A stretch of DNA of 64,000 nucleotides from Octopus vulgaris (taxonomy: Eukaryota): the NCBI GenBank assembly GCA_951406725.2, contig OX597828.1, positions 16,740,001 to 16,804,000 of the forward strand. The letters run 5' to 3'. Position 1 is the stretch's first letter, and each line of letters opens with the position of its first letter. This document shows, piece after piece, positions 1-13,699 of this stretch. The position numbers and the translations under genes were made by a program. The notes below the pieces were generated by a model that worked only from the letters and a program-made list of their open reading frames with translations, made no database searches and was not told the DNA's origin.

Positions 1-758
1 ATGTCCGCGAGTGACCTTCTTCAGAAGGCATTTCCGTGACATATTAATTAACCAATCCCTGGGACACTGGGAGGTGAAACAACTCCGAGTCAGAGTAGAT
101 CTAAGAAAAGTATTGGGGAAGAGTTGGTTTAAATTCATATCAAGAACAATAAAAAAACAGGAAAGATATTCGCCACTCCAAATACAATATATCAGTTAAC
201 ATAGTAATTAGGGCTGTCAGGGGCTCTTTTTAGCCCGAAGTTTTCTTGGTGTCCATGGCGCATAACCGACTAACCTCTTTGTCACTGGGTTAGTCACAGT
301 TGGTGCTGGTATTCATTTTAGCTGAGTGAAGTGGAATAACACGAAATAAAAGATTCAGCTTAGGCACCGAAGGCGCCGTTTAGCCTCGGAATCGAAACCA
401 CAATCTTTCAATCATGAGTTCAACACCCTAAAAACTAGTCCACGCACTTTGCTACTGTATTAATTAGAACACATTAAAATCTCTAAAATGTTATTCTGCT
501 TGTCTTTTAGCTCGTAGGAGTCAGCGTGCTGCACATTCGAGAACCTTAACTATGGAACAAAATCGGTGACATAATCTTGCTAGTTGTTATAAATCACTTT
601 ATAAGCGTTGATACCAGTAACCTCATGGGGTCCATGTAATAAGCTAGAAAATATCACTAGTCATTATCATGACGATAATGAAAATAATTTATTTACGACG
701 ATGATAAAAGAAATCAACATAGCTACGTGATATAATACCCTATATCAATTCAAATCGT

Positions 759-1088
759 GGAGGCGCAATGGTCTAGTGGCTAGGGCAGCGAACTCGCAGT
801 CGGGGGATCGCGGTTTCGATTCCCAGACCTGGCGTTGTGTGTGTTTATTAAGCGAAAATATCTAAAGCTCCACGAGGCTAGGTAGGGGTGGTGGCGACCC
901 CTGTTGTACTCTTTCGCCCCAACTTTCTCTCACTCTTTCTTCCTGTTTCTTGAGTAACGCTGCGATGGACTGCGATGGACTGGCGTCCCGTCCAGCTGGG
1001 GGGGGGGGGCGCACATAAGCCAAAGAAACCGGGAAATCGGGCCCATGAGACTGGCTAGGTTTGAAAAGGGCGCATAAATAAAAATAAT
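759..1088 (+). mobile_element. tRNA-headed SINE, family A (full length)
   Basis: Head GGAGGCGCAATGGTCTAGTGG (A box) ... GGTTTCGATTCCC (B box) and an A-rich tail. The body (AAGCTCCACG...CTTTCGCCCAACTTTCTCTCACTCTTTC...GAAACCGGGAAA) recurs at 2437, 41313 and 56407. Confidence 0.9.
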
Positions 1089-2436
1089 AGTTCAAACATT
1101 TTATGTTATCAGTTGCCTTACGGGTGCTAGGGTAGATGGCTGACAGTATTCGTTCAAGACCTTTATGTTCTGAGTTCAAATCTTGCCGAGATTAACTTTG
1201 CGTTTTATCCCTCTGTACTCGAGAAAGTGAAGTTCCTGTCAAGTCTTGTGGTCGATTTATTTATCTCACCCATTTATTGAAATTTCTCGGTATGAGCCGA
1301 ATACCATTAACGATTAGTAAGCTTTAGATCTGTTCGTACAGATATTATCATGAATAGGCAGGAAGAACTATACAACTGAAATACAAACCTTCAACAACTA
1401 AACTGTGGCGTTGTGGGGATATCGTATGAAATTGGATTAAAAGTCAGTCGGACGGACTGTGCCTCTACTTGGGTGGTAGACTTGACTCTTGACCCAGTTT
1501 AACACCCCCTCATCTGGCACCTTTGAATATACTATAGTATTTTAAAAACAAGTTAAAATCTAATTGCTTTTAGTTGTTATCTCGAATGTAAATTATTTGA
1601 TAAACTTATCTATATCTGTCAGTCGTGATGAGGTGTAGAATACAGCTGTTTATGTGAAATTTGGTTGCTGTCGGGTTACAGGAAACGGGATAAAGCGTGA
1701 TTATATTTAGAATGTATTTTTCTCTTATTCTTTTTTATGTCTTAGCCAGTGGGAGGAGATATACCATTGCTTATAAACTTTTCCAGGTGGAGGAGGGCAG
1801 CCGGTTATTATCAGACAGGGGTCTTAATGCGAATACACTCAAAATATTAAACGTCAGTTTTGTAGTAAAGAATGGCATCATGTTGGTAGTGTTAAAGCCA
1901 GGCAACTAGACAAGTATAATACGTACAGACAGATGAAGTTAATCTGACAGGTTTCTATACAATTTTGGTGGATACGACATGTTTTGGAGCGGCGAATTTG
2001 CCCCCGCTTAAATAAGGTCACTGATTCGATATTGACCTATCTGACATGAGACATGTTGTCTCCCGGTCGTTGTGACACTGTGGTAATTTTGTTTTTATAC
2101 TAGTTGATGGCTAGTTTGCAATTACAACTACTAAGCTACTTGACTGAAAAACTTTGACTATTGTTCTGCATCAATTTGTATGTATGATGTTTGGTAAAAT
2201 ATTGACGCAACGTGGAACGTAAAAATATTTAGACAAAGGATTTTTCCTCATTTCTGAGAAAGTAAAATTGACAGTGAATTTAAATTTTGGCGCTGAAAGC
2301 CAAAAATCGGAGAGGAAGGGAGAGAGAGAGCGCGATATAGAGAGGGTGATAGAAAGAGAGAGAGAGAGGGAGAGATAGGGAGAGGTTAAGATGTATTAAA
2401 TGACCGTAGCGCTTACTAATACGCCTCATTCAATCT

Positions 2437-2729
2437 ATTATTGTTATTTATGCGCCCTTTTCAAGCCTAGCCAGGCTCTCATGGGCCCGGTTTCCCGGTT
2501 TCTGTGACGTATGTGTCCCCCCCCCCAGTTGGACGGGAAGCCAGTCCATCGCAGCGTTACCCAAAATAAACAGGAAGAGAGAGTAAGAGAAAGTTGGGGC
2601 GAAAGAGTACAACAGGGGTCACCACCACCCCCTGCCAGAGCCTTGTGGAACTTTCTAGGTGTTTTCGGTCAATAAGCATACACAACGCCCGGTCTGGGAA
2701 TCGAAACTGCGATCCTCGGACCGCGAGTC
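2437..2729 (-). mobile_element. SINE family A, slightly 5'-truncated
   Basis: Reverse complement aligns by eye with 790-1085. Confidence 0.9.
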
Positions 2730-2762
2730 ATTCTATATGCGTACATATCTGCGTGCGCATAC

Positions 2763-2805
2763 GTGTGTGTAAGTGTGTGTGTGTGTGTGTGTGTGCGTGT
2801 GTGTG

Positions 2806-2837
<32 letters not shown>

Positions 2838-2856
2838 AGTGTGTGTGTGTGTGTGT
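2763..2856. repeat. (GT)n microsatellite
   Basis: Direct reading. Confidence 0.95.
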
Positions 2857-3208
2857 TAGCCTCCAGAATCAAAGAATACTGTTTCCAAAGTGCCATTGCT
2901 AAAACAGGTTTAATGCCAAAGCAGCGGTGCAAAATTGTCTCATTCAGAATTTCCCTGAATCCAAATTCACTTACAAAGATTCGAGAAACCAAATGCTATG
3001 GCATCGGACATTTTTGCAAAGTGCCGCAGAGTGGAATCGAACCCAAAAGAGAACTACTTCGATCCGAAGAAGCTCTCTCAATTACGACGTCATGCGAGAG
3101 CTGGGCTAGTAGCAAAAAAGGAGAAAGAAAAACAAAGAAATTGATTAAAACTTTCGAATTTGCTAAAACTCCATTCTTAAGTAATGAAATATTTCAATTC
3201 ATCAAACT

Positions 3209-3209
3209 T

Positions 3210-3244
<35 letters not shown>

Positions 3245-3690
3245 CGTAGTAGTAGTGGTGGTGGTGGGGGTAGTAGTGGTGGTGGTTGTGGTGGTGGTGG
3301 TGGTGGTGGTTGTGGTGGTGGTGGTGGTGGTGATGGTAATGATGGTGGCTGTGTTGGTTTATATAATATTGCCAGAAATAATGGCCGCGGTGTTAATAAT
3401 AGTAATACCAGTAGTAGTATTAGTATTAGCAGTAGCAATAGTAATAATGGTAATAGTAGTAGCTATTGTAGTAGTAGAAGTGGTAGTAATAGTTATTGTA
3501 GTAGATTGTAGTCGCAGTAGTAGCGGTGTGAGGTGGTAGTAGTAGTAGTAGCAGAAGTAGTTATTGTAGTAGAAGTAGTAGTAGTTGTGGCAGTAGTAGC
3601 GGTGTGAGGAGGTAGTAGTAGTTATTGTAGTTGTAGTAGTAGTAGTTGTAGTGGTAGCAGTGGTGGCGGTGGTGGCGATGGCGTTAGCGC
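3209..3690. repeat. Compound (GTA)n/(GTG)n trinucleotide tract
   Basis: Direct reading; explains the poly-Val and poly-Pro ORFs. Confidence 0.9.
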
Positions 3691-4289
3691 TGTATAGTTA
3701 TTTATATGGAGGTTCATTATACACCTTGATATATGCATATATGTATACACTATATTATCTAAACTTACATATTTCCGGGAGTGGCTTTTATATTTCAAAC
3801 TCTATACACCACCATGTCTTATGCATTATTTATTATTTTCAACAATGAACTTTTCCGCATACATAAATGCATTCCCATATAAACTAGCACATCATTTTAA
3901 AAGCTCCGAGGAAGCTGTGGGGTGATACGCAAGCACTCAGATCTGAGCGCACTGCATCGTATAACAGAAAGAGTAATGAGCCAATGAACTTCAATGCTCG
4001 ATTTCCAATTCCTTTGGCTTTCATTTGATTTCATATCACGCTCCGTACTCGACCAACGTTTTATTCTGAAGCAGCAAGTACAAATTGAGTACTAACACCA
4101 GGTTATTAGCATCGGCATGACTAAGCTATATATATATATATATATATATATAGCCATTCGATGTATATAAAATGAAAATAGGAAACCTACTGAATTTTTA
4201 TCATTAAATAATATTAAGAAATGTATTTAAAAAATGAAAAATATTTCGAGTATTTTTGAGGTATAAGTAATTTATTGCATATAAATATT

Positions 4290-4487
4290 GGTTTCAGATG
4301 TTGGTCAAAAGTTTTGGGAGACGGGCCAAGTCGATTGAGTCGACCCCAGTGGTACTCATTTTATCGACTTCGAAAAGATGAAAAGCAAAGTTAACCGCGA
4401 CGGAATTTGAACTTAGAACGCAAAGACGAACAAAATGTCGCTAAGCATCTTGGCTGGCGTGCTAATAATACTGCCAGCTTGCCGAGC
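4290..4487 (-). mobile_element. SINE family C
   Basis: GAAAAGATGAAAAGCAAAGTTAACCGCGACGGAATTTGAACTTAGAACG is the reverse complement of the family C core. Confidence 0.8.
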
Positions 4488-4529
4488 GATTGCATATAAA
4501 TGTTAACAACAAAATCTTGTTTACATCTC

Positions 4530-4610
4530 CAATGGCCATATGGACCTCCCAAGGACTAATGACCATATAGACCTCAAAAGGGCCATATAGACCCCAGTTT
4601 AGAACTACTG
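4530..4610 (-). mobile_element. hAT-Charlie MITE terminus
   Basis: Minus strand begins CAGTAGTTCTAAACTGGGGTC, followed by three CCATAT(A/G)GACC subterminal repeats. Confidence 0.45.
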
Positions 4611-7269
4611 GCATACATACATTTTCAGTGGTTTGATGATTGATTTTCCGATATGCTTGTAAAGTAACAGGTCAGCCGGTCAGAAGAGAAATGCTACAAA
4701 ACTTAGCGACCTTACATGTGTATGATGATTAGTATAGAAATTTTCGTGTAAAAACCTGTCTTATTCTTCCTTGCGTGAGAGATAAAGCAGGTTTATTGGT
4801 CGTTGCTTTGATTATATGATTTTGTCAAATCCATGGATGGTAGACCGAATCTCTCGACAGGTGGAGCTTCTACTTCTTCGGTCTGGGGGTAAGCTCACTC
4901 CCAAACCACGATCAAAACCCATAGAGGGCGTAAGCCCTGAAAAGATTTTGGTACTCCCGTATATATGTAATTCTAAATGCAAAACGATAATACTCCTTAA
5001 AATAAAACTCACTGTAAGATGGAAAATAATGTTTATTTATGTATATCTCTATTTCTTTTTGAAAAGCTTTCTCATACTTTTTTTTATTAATTGCAAAGTC
5101 TTAGATCAGATCCTCAAAACTGCTTTTACGTAATAAAATTATTCTTACGTAAGACATCTCGAAAATTAGTTTAGCATGTTTGAAGTGATTTCTTTTCTGC
5201 CGTAAACTATTTACCATTTCTCTGCTTTCCCTTGATGCCCTAAGCACGTGCTTATGTTGATTAATAGTTAATCAAGCACTGTTCCCTCCCACTAATCACG
5301 GAGACCCTCGAAAGTGACAGATACAACAACTGTCTTTGGGTTAACAAATAAAAATCAAAAGAAGATTTGTTGAGCATATTAAGTAAATGCAGTCTCTACT
5401 GTTGGAGACAACTCTCTACATTATGCTATACGTCGGGATCTTTTTCTGAAAGCGACAAATATCTTCTGGTTTATTTGTTTCTAATTTATAGAAACCGAAT
5501 GAAGAAATTATTCAAGAAATTACGAAAATTCTTCAAATGGTTCCTTCTATCTGCCTACATTAGCAGTCAAATCTCACTAATTTCACATCCTACAATATTT
5601 AAAAAAAGGTAAAGAGCTCATTAAATATTGTATTCCTATATACACTATCTCTATGGTTACCGTTGGAATACCTTTAATTTAAGATTTACATAATTACGAA
5701 GTCGAGTATCGAGGAACAACAGTGACAAACACAATAGGCGTCAATTTTTTTAAAATATAAATCTGATATCAATGGGATAAGTCACTGATATAATTGCGGG
5801 TTGTAATTATCTCAGGAGAACATTATATTTTTATATGTCAGCGTGTGAATTGTGTGAGGGAGACCCACGCAGAAAGATACCACAGTTGATTTGTGGGAAA
5901 TAACGGGAGAGGTTAGCGGCCATAACCTCGGGTCAAACATTAATTGATCTAACATTGGTTCTGACTCACTTAGCAGAGATTTCCATTATTACAGAAACTG
6001 GCGAATGGCCTGTTTGTTCGAAGGTAGACTGAAAAGCTTGTATACAATCTTCATGTTTGTGGACACTTGTCTAATGTATTCTGAATCCCTGTGAAGTAGC
6101 AAAGTTTCTTATAGAATTTGTCGAAAATTACGACAACTATCTTTATTATAATTCACCAAATTATATTACCGTCATTGACATGCTATATTCAACTTCCTTT
6201 ATAACATGCAATAGTTCTGACGTTAAGGTCAGCATAACTGGATATTATGGCAGTATTTTAGCGTAGCAATAACCGAATTGATAAATTATTGGCTTGTATC
6301 TTCAATATTTGTACAACGATGTTGGAATTGCATTGCGTCTACAGGTAAAGCATTTATATGCATTTACCCAGTTATGATATTCTCATTTCATCTACAATAA
6401 AATATTTGAATCTCAAGGTAGGAACGACAACAAGTTCAACCGTGGAGTATGCAGCTTCATTTTCTTGCTTGATAGGTGTTATTTATCGACGATGGCTACT
6501 AAAGGCCACGACACTAGTGTGTCGGACAACCGGCTAAACGGTTTGTTTGTTTGATGCTCGTATATTATAAGCGGCGCTACGCTACGTTCCCGGAGAAGAT
6601 ATGTATTTTTAAACATGTTTATTAGGCAAGCACAGCAGAATAACTATCACGAGATTATCGTTAGATTCAGTAATAAATTCAATCTTTGTTGCAGCTGTGA
6701 ATGAAAGAGTATTCATATAATATTAGTCAGATCAGGTTTTAAATTTCTATATCTCGTACCTGTCTAAAATGTATCAAATTATGGGAAACACCTCAGTCTA
6801 ACCGTCTTTGTGACTGAGGTGTTCTAATAAGAGAGAAACGTGTCCAGAGTTATCATTATACGTGCCTACGGTCAGACTCAGTTTATTTAATGAAATACTA
6901 TATTGATGTATAAATAATCAGTACCGCTTTCAGAGAAGACAGAGAAATAGTGTGTGGTCAAGTGTGTTGTTGAACCTTATGACGAGAGAAACACGTGTCC
7001 AAAGCTGTTCTGTTACTTTCAAGTCAATAAATTCTCTTTTTCTTCATAGAATGTCGAGTTTGGAGAGTTCTTGATACTTGCTTATTGAGATTATCTCCCC
7101 TTTAATGGCACCTCAAACAATTCGTCTTTCTTCTCTAGAATCAGAGATAATTTCTATATATTGTGTTCCACCCCTCCCCCACATACATACAGAGAGAGAG
7201 TGTGTGTTGGAGGGGAGAGAGAGAGAGAAGCATATACTGACATGCATATACATGTATACATACATACAA

Positions 7270-7320
<51 letters not shown>

Positions 7321-8913
7321 TATGAGTGCTATATGTGCATTCGTATGTATATATAAAAATATATATATATATGAATACACAGACATACACACACGTATAT
7401 ATGCATATATATGATTACATACATACACGCATATGCTCGTGTCTGTATATTTAGGACGGAATATATATATGCAGGTCCATACACATATGTATTTGTATAT
7501 GTACATATAAGTAAGTATGTACCTAACTGTGTGTATACATAAATATATATGCACACATATTTATACATGTGTGTATATATATATATATGCCTATATATAT
7601 ACAACAATATATATGTATATATACATACATACATATATATATATGTATATATATATACATTCGCACGCGCACACATATGTCTACATTATAGAGTCTGCTA
7701 TCAGAATTAATCGGTTATACATATTTCAGCCAGCAACGACAAAATCGATAGCTACCAATATATATATATATATACATATATCTACAAGGAACTATAATTG
7801 TCACCAGACAGGAAATAATAACTATCGTGCGGCACATAAAATAGTAATTGCAATCGCCGAATGTCAGATGCTAATTGGAAATTGCTACAATAAAGTGTAA
7901 CTGCAATTAATACTCCAAAATAGCGTTAGGAAGCTCTTAATTTTGTGACGATATCATAGTGTGTGACATGCTAATTACAACTAATAATAACATGGAGATG
8001 TCATTACAATTAGGTTTATAAAAATAATAAGTTTACTTTCTATTCGGGATATCTAATTACAGTTATGTTGGGGAATGTAAGGTGAGAAGAGGGAGTAATG
8101 ACTGACAGAATTGGTAGGAAAGTATGGTGAAGCACCGTTATGAACGTAAATATTTGGAGTTCCAGTTCAGACGGTTTTAAGCCTTTGCGTTTCTTGTCAT
8201 TTACGTCAATGATGACGTCACCGTGCTTGAGATTAATTTGGCAATAGTTGCGGCCATGTTGCTTCAAATTATACTTTACTCTCTTAAAGGAGGAAGGCCA
8301 CATGGAACAATAAGGAAGAAATGGAAGAGAAAGAAGGGTCAAGATTGAAATGTCTTTGATCATAATCTACTCAATTACGGTTGTGCTGGAGCTAAACAAG
8401 CAGTCATATAGTCATATGATTAAGGGCGTTCTAGTTATGACGCAGTTCTAATTATGAGTGCATGACCCAATACGTACGTTTCTTAAAGACGTGGCGCTGT
8501 GTGTTGTTTGATAGCAATTTAACTGCTCCTTTTAAAATGTCGGGAGATCGCAAAGAATATACCTTATTGATTCAAATGTATCAGTCGTACAGTGTAGCCC
8601 AATTCAAAAGCTTGTACTGCTTTTGCTTAACATAAATTTTATTTGTGTCTCTGTAACAAATGTATTAGAGCGGTGACAAGCATGGCAATGTTAGTCATAG
8701 GCTAACCTAGTGGCATCTGGTTGCATCTCTACGTTGATTTCCAGAAGATACCAATCTATTTGTCTGAGCAGGAAATGACTTAGAAAGGCTAATACACCAC
8801 ACTCTCTTATTTTCATTATACTATCAATCTTCTTTTGTTCTCTGCTCTCCCTTGTTTTATATTTCATTTATATGAAGTTTAGTTTAATCCGAAGATTATA
8901 GACTTGATGCGAT

Positions 8914-9900
8914 CAGGTCTGGGGAAACTTTTTAGTGTGGCGGGCAAAAATTTTCAATGAAAAAGGTCTGCGGGCGGACCACAAGTTCTAATTGGTATTT
9001 ATGTAACTCTTGTGTATATATAAGTATAATTCGATATACATCAATAAAGGTATGTTTAACACATTGAATTAATACGTAACATCTTCATTAACACCGCCAC
9101 TGAATGTAGGACGTTTGTATTACTTATGCGGTATTCTATATTTTCAGCTAGAGTGTAGTTAGGTGCCAAGGGGATGGCACAAACTTAGCAAAATGTGTTT
9201 AATAGTGAAAACAAAATTTCCATTCAGATGGCAATTAGCGGACGATTTCTGTTCGAGTCTGTTTTAAGTTATAGTGGAAATGCGACTTATGTCGCAAATA
9301 GGCATACGAATATTGTATAAATTTTATAATTGAAAAATTTATTACATTTTGTACATATGAGTATATCAGCCTGCAGGCCTAAGAAAATGTCGGGGTTTGA
9401 CCCACCCTTGTGCGCGAAATTGTTCACAGCGGATAAAGTGTTGCAGTGCACTGAACCCATTTTTAGCACAACCCTATGGAGCATCAGTAGCAGAACAGGG
9501 ATTAAAACGACAAGAAAGGAATTGCTCTTCTGGATGTTTGTAAGAGTTTACCTTCTCCCCGAAAAAAGTTTTAATAAGTACTAGGATCTTTCAATCCCAG
9601 TGGTTAGCGGTCTCCCACTTGTAGCTATGGGATGGTCGGTGACTCTAGTAAGTTTCTTCATCTTTTGACAGGCTTAGTTTTTGCCCCGCTGAGTATCCCA
9701 CGAAAAACATCCCCTTTAAGAACAGGCTCAGTTGAGTAGCTGATTTAGTCGCCGCCTGCTCGAAAATGGGGCACGTTGTACTCGGTTACACGTTCTCAGT
9801 AGCACCAACAGCGACAAAACTATGCAAGATTTTTCTCAGGTTTAAAATGTGACATAGTTTTCGTTATCTACATTCCAAAGATGGAGCTTTGTAGCTGTAT
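8914..9900 (-). mobile_element. Highly degraded hAT-Charlie-like element
   Basis: Charlie-like terminus CAGGTCTGGGGAAACTTTTT..GCGGGC at 8914. Minus-strand remnants IATSGRPLTTG (cf. IAKxGKPHTIGE) and SATDAP*GCAKNGFSAL (cf. TDGAPxMxGxxNGF). Confidence 0.55.
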
Positions 9901-10182
9901 TAGAAAGTAGCTCCTTCTTCAGAGAAAGAATTTAAAAGATTAAAAGCTGAAAAGAAACATACATGCATACATACATACATGCATACATACATACATACAG
10001 CACTTAACAGGCAAATAACAAATACAATCTATAAGAGGAACAGTAAAAGTATGCAAGACTTTACTAAACTTTAAAATCTAATATTGCTGTGTTATACACA
10101 TTTGAAAGATGTTGCTTTCTATCTTTGTTAGAAACTAGTTCCTTCCTTACAAGAATATTTCAAATAATTCAATATAGAAGAA

Positions 10183-10382
10183 TACACACACACACACAGA
10201 CACACACACACACACACACATACATACATACATACATACATACATACATACATACATACATACATACATACATACATACATACATACATACATACATACA
10301 TACATACATACATACATACATACATACATACATACATACATACATACATACATACATACATACATACATACATACATACATA
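10183..10382. repeat. (CA)n + (TACA)n microsatellite
   Basis: Direct reading. Confidence 0.95.
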
Positions 10383-10585
10383 GAAGCATGTACAATATAT
10401 AACGCATGATTGCTACTTTTGAATTTAGAGCTCCGCATACATTATTTTCATTTTCTTTGCTTTCAGTATAGAGGTTTGGTTACTACTATAAGTAGTAGTA
10501 TCACTAGTTATGATATACAGTCAAATGTATACTATATATATATATATATGTATGTATGTATATATATACATACATACATGCATAC

Positions 10586-10640
<55 letters not shown>

Positions 10641-11589
10641 AATATATGTATGTATGCATGTATATAAGAAATATTAATTTCTGAATAGAGCTGACGTGAA
10701 GTACGATCCATTGACCCCTCTGTCACTAGTCTGACATATTATCAATTCGGCCATCTGCGTCGCTTTCGTTTTTTTTTTTCCCTCCTTTCCTTTCGGTACT
10801 GGTTATACAAATAATTCAATATTTTGTATCCAGCGCCAAACACAACAGTCAAATCAAAATCAGTATTAATTTTTGTTGCGTTTGTGTCGTTTTTCTAAAA
10901 TATATATCTACAATATATTTTCGACACTTCACCTTTTCTTTATTGAAGAAAAAAGAAAAGAAAGAAAAAAGAAAAAGGGAAGTAAAAAAAAACTACGAGA
11001 AGAAAAAAGAAAAAGCAAAAATCCATCCATGCAATTTTGAGGTGAATTTTTGCGACAAACTTTCTAATAAATTGTAAGTATTCAGTCGTTAAAACATTGC
11101 TTGTAGGCATGACTGATTATATTTATCTCGCGACAAAAGTCTATGGAGCGTTCCATTGGCAATATTAAATTCTAAGTCGAGAAACATCAACTGATATTAA
11201 ATATTTTTCACCAACATACACTCCTAAACGAAGTCGCAAGACGTATTTCATCTACAATAAAGAGAAAGAAAGATTGACGGTGAAAAAAAAAGAAGAACAG
11301 AAAAATGATCAGAATTAATATACATATGTCCAGAAATATGAAGCTCCTTATTGCATTGCTTAGTCTGTTATTTATATCAGTTCTTCAATTTTGTCCTTGG
11401 TTTTTGTTTTTGATTTTGTTTCAATAATATTTTTATGTAGAAATGCAAAGAGGAATTCATCAGTTACACGTTTTACACATGGATTATGGTTACGTAAAGC
11501 GAGAATAATTTACTACGGAGACGAAAATAATCAACTGACATGTAAATGAACTAGTGCTGTGATAAGGGCGCAGATTGGTCTTAAAAAAT

Positions 11590-11626
11590 ATATAAATATA
11601 TATGCACATATATAACTAAATATATA

Positions 11627-11672
<46 letters not shown>

Positions 11673-11832
11673 TATAATATTATGATATGTATATATATAT
11701 ATATATATATATCTTGTTATATATATATATATATATATACACAAGCACATAAATATATATATTTATATATATATAATCTTATGATATGTATATAATATAT
11801 ATAAATATATCTTGTTATGTGTGTATGTGTAT

Positions 11833-11863
<31 letters not shown>

Positions 11864-12230
11864 CATATACACACACAAGCACATAAATATATGTATATAT
11901 GCATATATATATATATGCATATATATCATATACATAAGATTATATATATATATATTTATATATATATATATATATAATCTCATGTATATGATATATATAT
12001 AAATATATCTTGTTATATATAGATATATATATATATATACATCTATATATATATATATATACACACACAAGCACATAGATGTATGTATATATCTATTTAT
12101 ATATGTATGTATGCATGTATGCATGTATTTTTGAGTATATGTACATGTGTAATGCATATCTACATAAATATGAATATATGTTCGTATGTATTTATATGTA
12201 TATTTGTATGTATCTACGTATTTATGTATA
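11590..12230. repeat. Complex (TA)n region with ~3 higher-order units
   Basis: Recurring ATAATCTTATGATATG...TATCTTGTTAT...ACACAAGCACATA blocks separated by (TA)n. Confidence 0.75.
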
Positions 12231-12649
12231 GATATGTTTTATGAAAGTCTATTATTGGATTTTGGTTCGAAAGCTTTGTTCTGTTGATATGAATAATGGA
12301 AACTCTTGAAGAATTTGGCTGACCGACCGGCCACTTACTTCTTTCAGATGGATACATACTATACATATTGTAGTATTAAGCAGAAAATTAATTCACACGA
12401 AGCCAGAATATTACTTGATCTCTACAGCTTATGGTAAAATATCTTTCCATGTTCATATAAAATATAAATTCCGAACCAAGCATATTATTTATATTATCAG
12501 GAAAATGATTGAAGATAGTGGAGTGCCATATCTGTAAGGTACGGTGCCGGATTGAATCGGTGAATAGTACATACACTATTTAGTTTCTTTTCTGTACGAG
12601 CTGAGTTCAAATACAACCGTGGCCCTAATCGCCTTTCACTTTCTTTGAG

Positions 12650-13010
12650 TAACAAACTAAGGAAAGGAATTATTTCAAAGGGGTGTGTAAATCATTCAAT
12701 TCACTGGTGCCTCAGTTGAATACCACATAAATATGGGTACAATGCAAATAACAAGCAATGAAGAAAATAGAGAGATACAAATTACAATCCAAGAATTTAT
12801 TCATATTATAACATAATATACTATGAATAGAGCATAATATAAATTTACATAAAAACAATCATTAAAAAACCAATAGAGCCAACAATTTGTTTTGACTTAC
12901 ATGCATTATTCGATTTATAAATAGTTCACTTCCCTTATATAAGTCTCATCAAAACTATGGTTTAAAGATAGACGAAATTCCGTGTGAAAGGACGGCTGGA
13001 CGGAAAAAAA
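12650..13010 (-). mobile_element. Same pLTR-like family as 51231-51755, with degenerate HHR at 12877-12956
   Basis: Shares AACAAACTAAGGAAAGGAATT..TTCAAAGGGGTGTGT...CAGTTGAATACCACATAAAT. Minus strand reads AGTT-TTGATGA-GACTTATATA...TGTAAGTC-AAAACAAATTGT-T-GGCT. Confidence 0.7.
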
Positions 13011-13699
13011 TTAATTCAAATGCCTATGTATTATGAGCGTGAGCTTTAACTTTTCAACTACATAACATTTGCAATTAAAAAAAACAACAAAATTATAAAT
13101 CTATTTCAGTGTGTGTGTGTGGGGGGGGGGTGAGAATTATCTGAAGAAATTTTGCTTATAATTGTATTTTTTAAATTTAGTCACAGAGCCATCAGTTTTG
13201 AGGTAAGGAAGCGGAGTTGAAGATAAGTCGGTACCATCGACCTCATTATTTGACTGCTATTTTATTTTAGTTATTTTATCTATCTTGGAAAAACCATGGG
13301 CATCACGACCTGGAGTGTATTTGAAATCGGTACCGAAAATACTGGCAACAAATTTTACTGAAAATTTACTATATGTCGGACACACCTCACAATAATTTTC
13401 ATTTTCACTTTTCAACATCTCTCTCTCTCTCTCTCTCTCTTTCCCCCCTCTGCTAGTATGACGCCACCGCCACCGTCATCACCACTCTTCAACTTATACC
13501 CTTGCTTGTATCTGTGTCTTCCTCCCTTACCCATGGCCAAATACAATTCGTTCTTGTATTGCAATAAAATCTGTAACCTCCTATCTTTATCTTTAAATTG
13601 AAAAAAATCATTGCAGATTCTCTCAGCTACACATTGTATTCGTTTGTCTGGGTGCTATAACTAGTTATAATGGGTCTGACTGTTACAATGACCCAAGTC

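Noticed and set aside
2763-3539. 258-aa ORF with a hydrophobic poly-Val 'membrane' segment
   Set aside because: It is a product of (GT)n and (GTA/GTG)n microsatellites; the unique middle part has no recognisable domain.
4780-4890. FIGRCFDY peptide resembling the ADP-ribosyl cyclase (CD38-like) N-terminus, followed by a GTAAG donor
   Set aside because: There is an in-frame stop just upstream, the acceptor is weak, and the downstream residues do not continue the family pattern; probably chance.
6785-7010. 12-bp hairpin plus two GAGAGAAAC..GTGTCCA motifs suggestive of tandem HHR 3' halves
   Set aside because: There is no matching CUGANGA core with paired stems.
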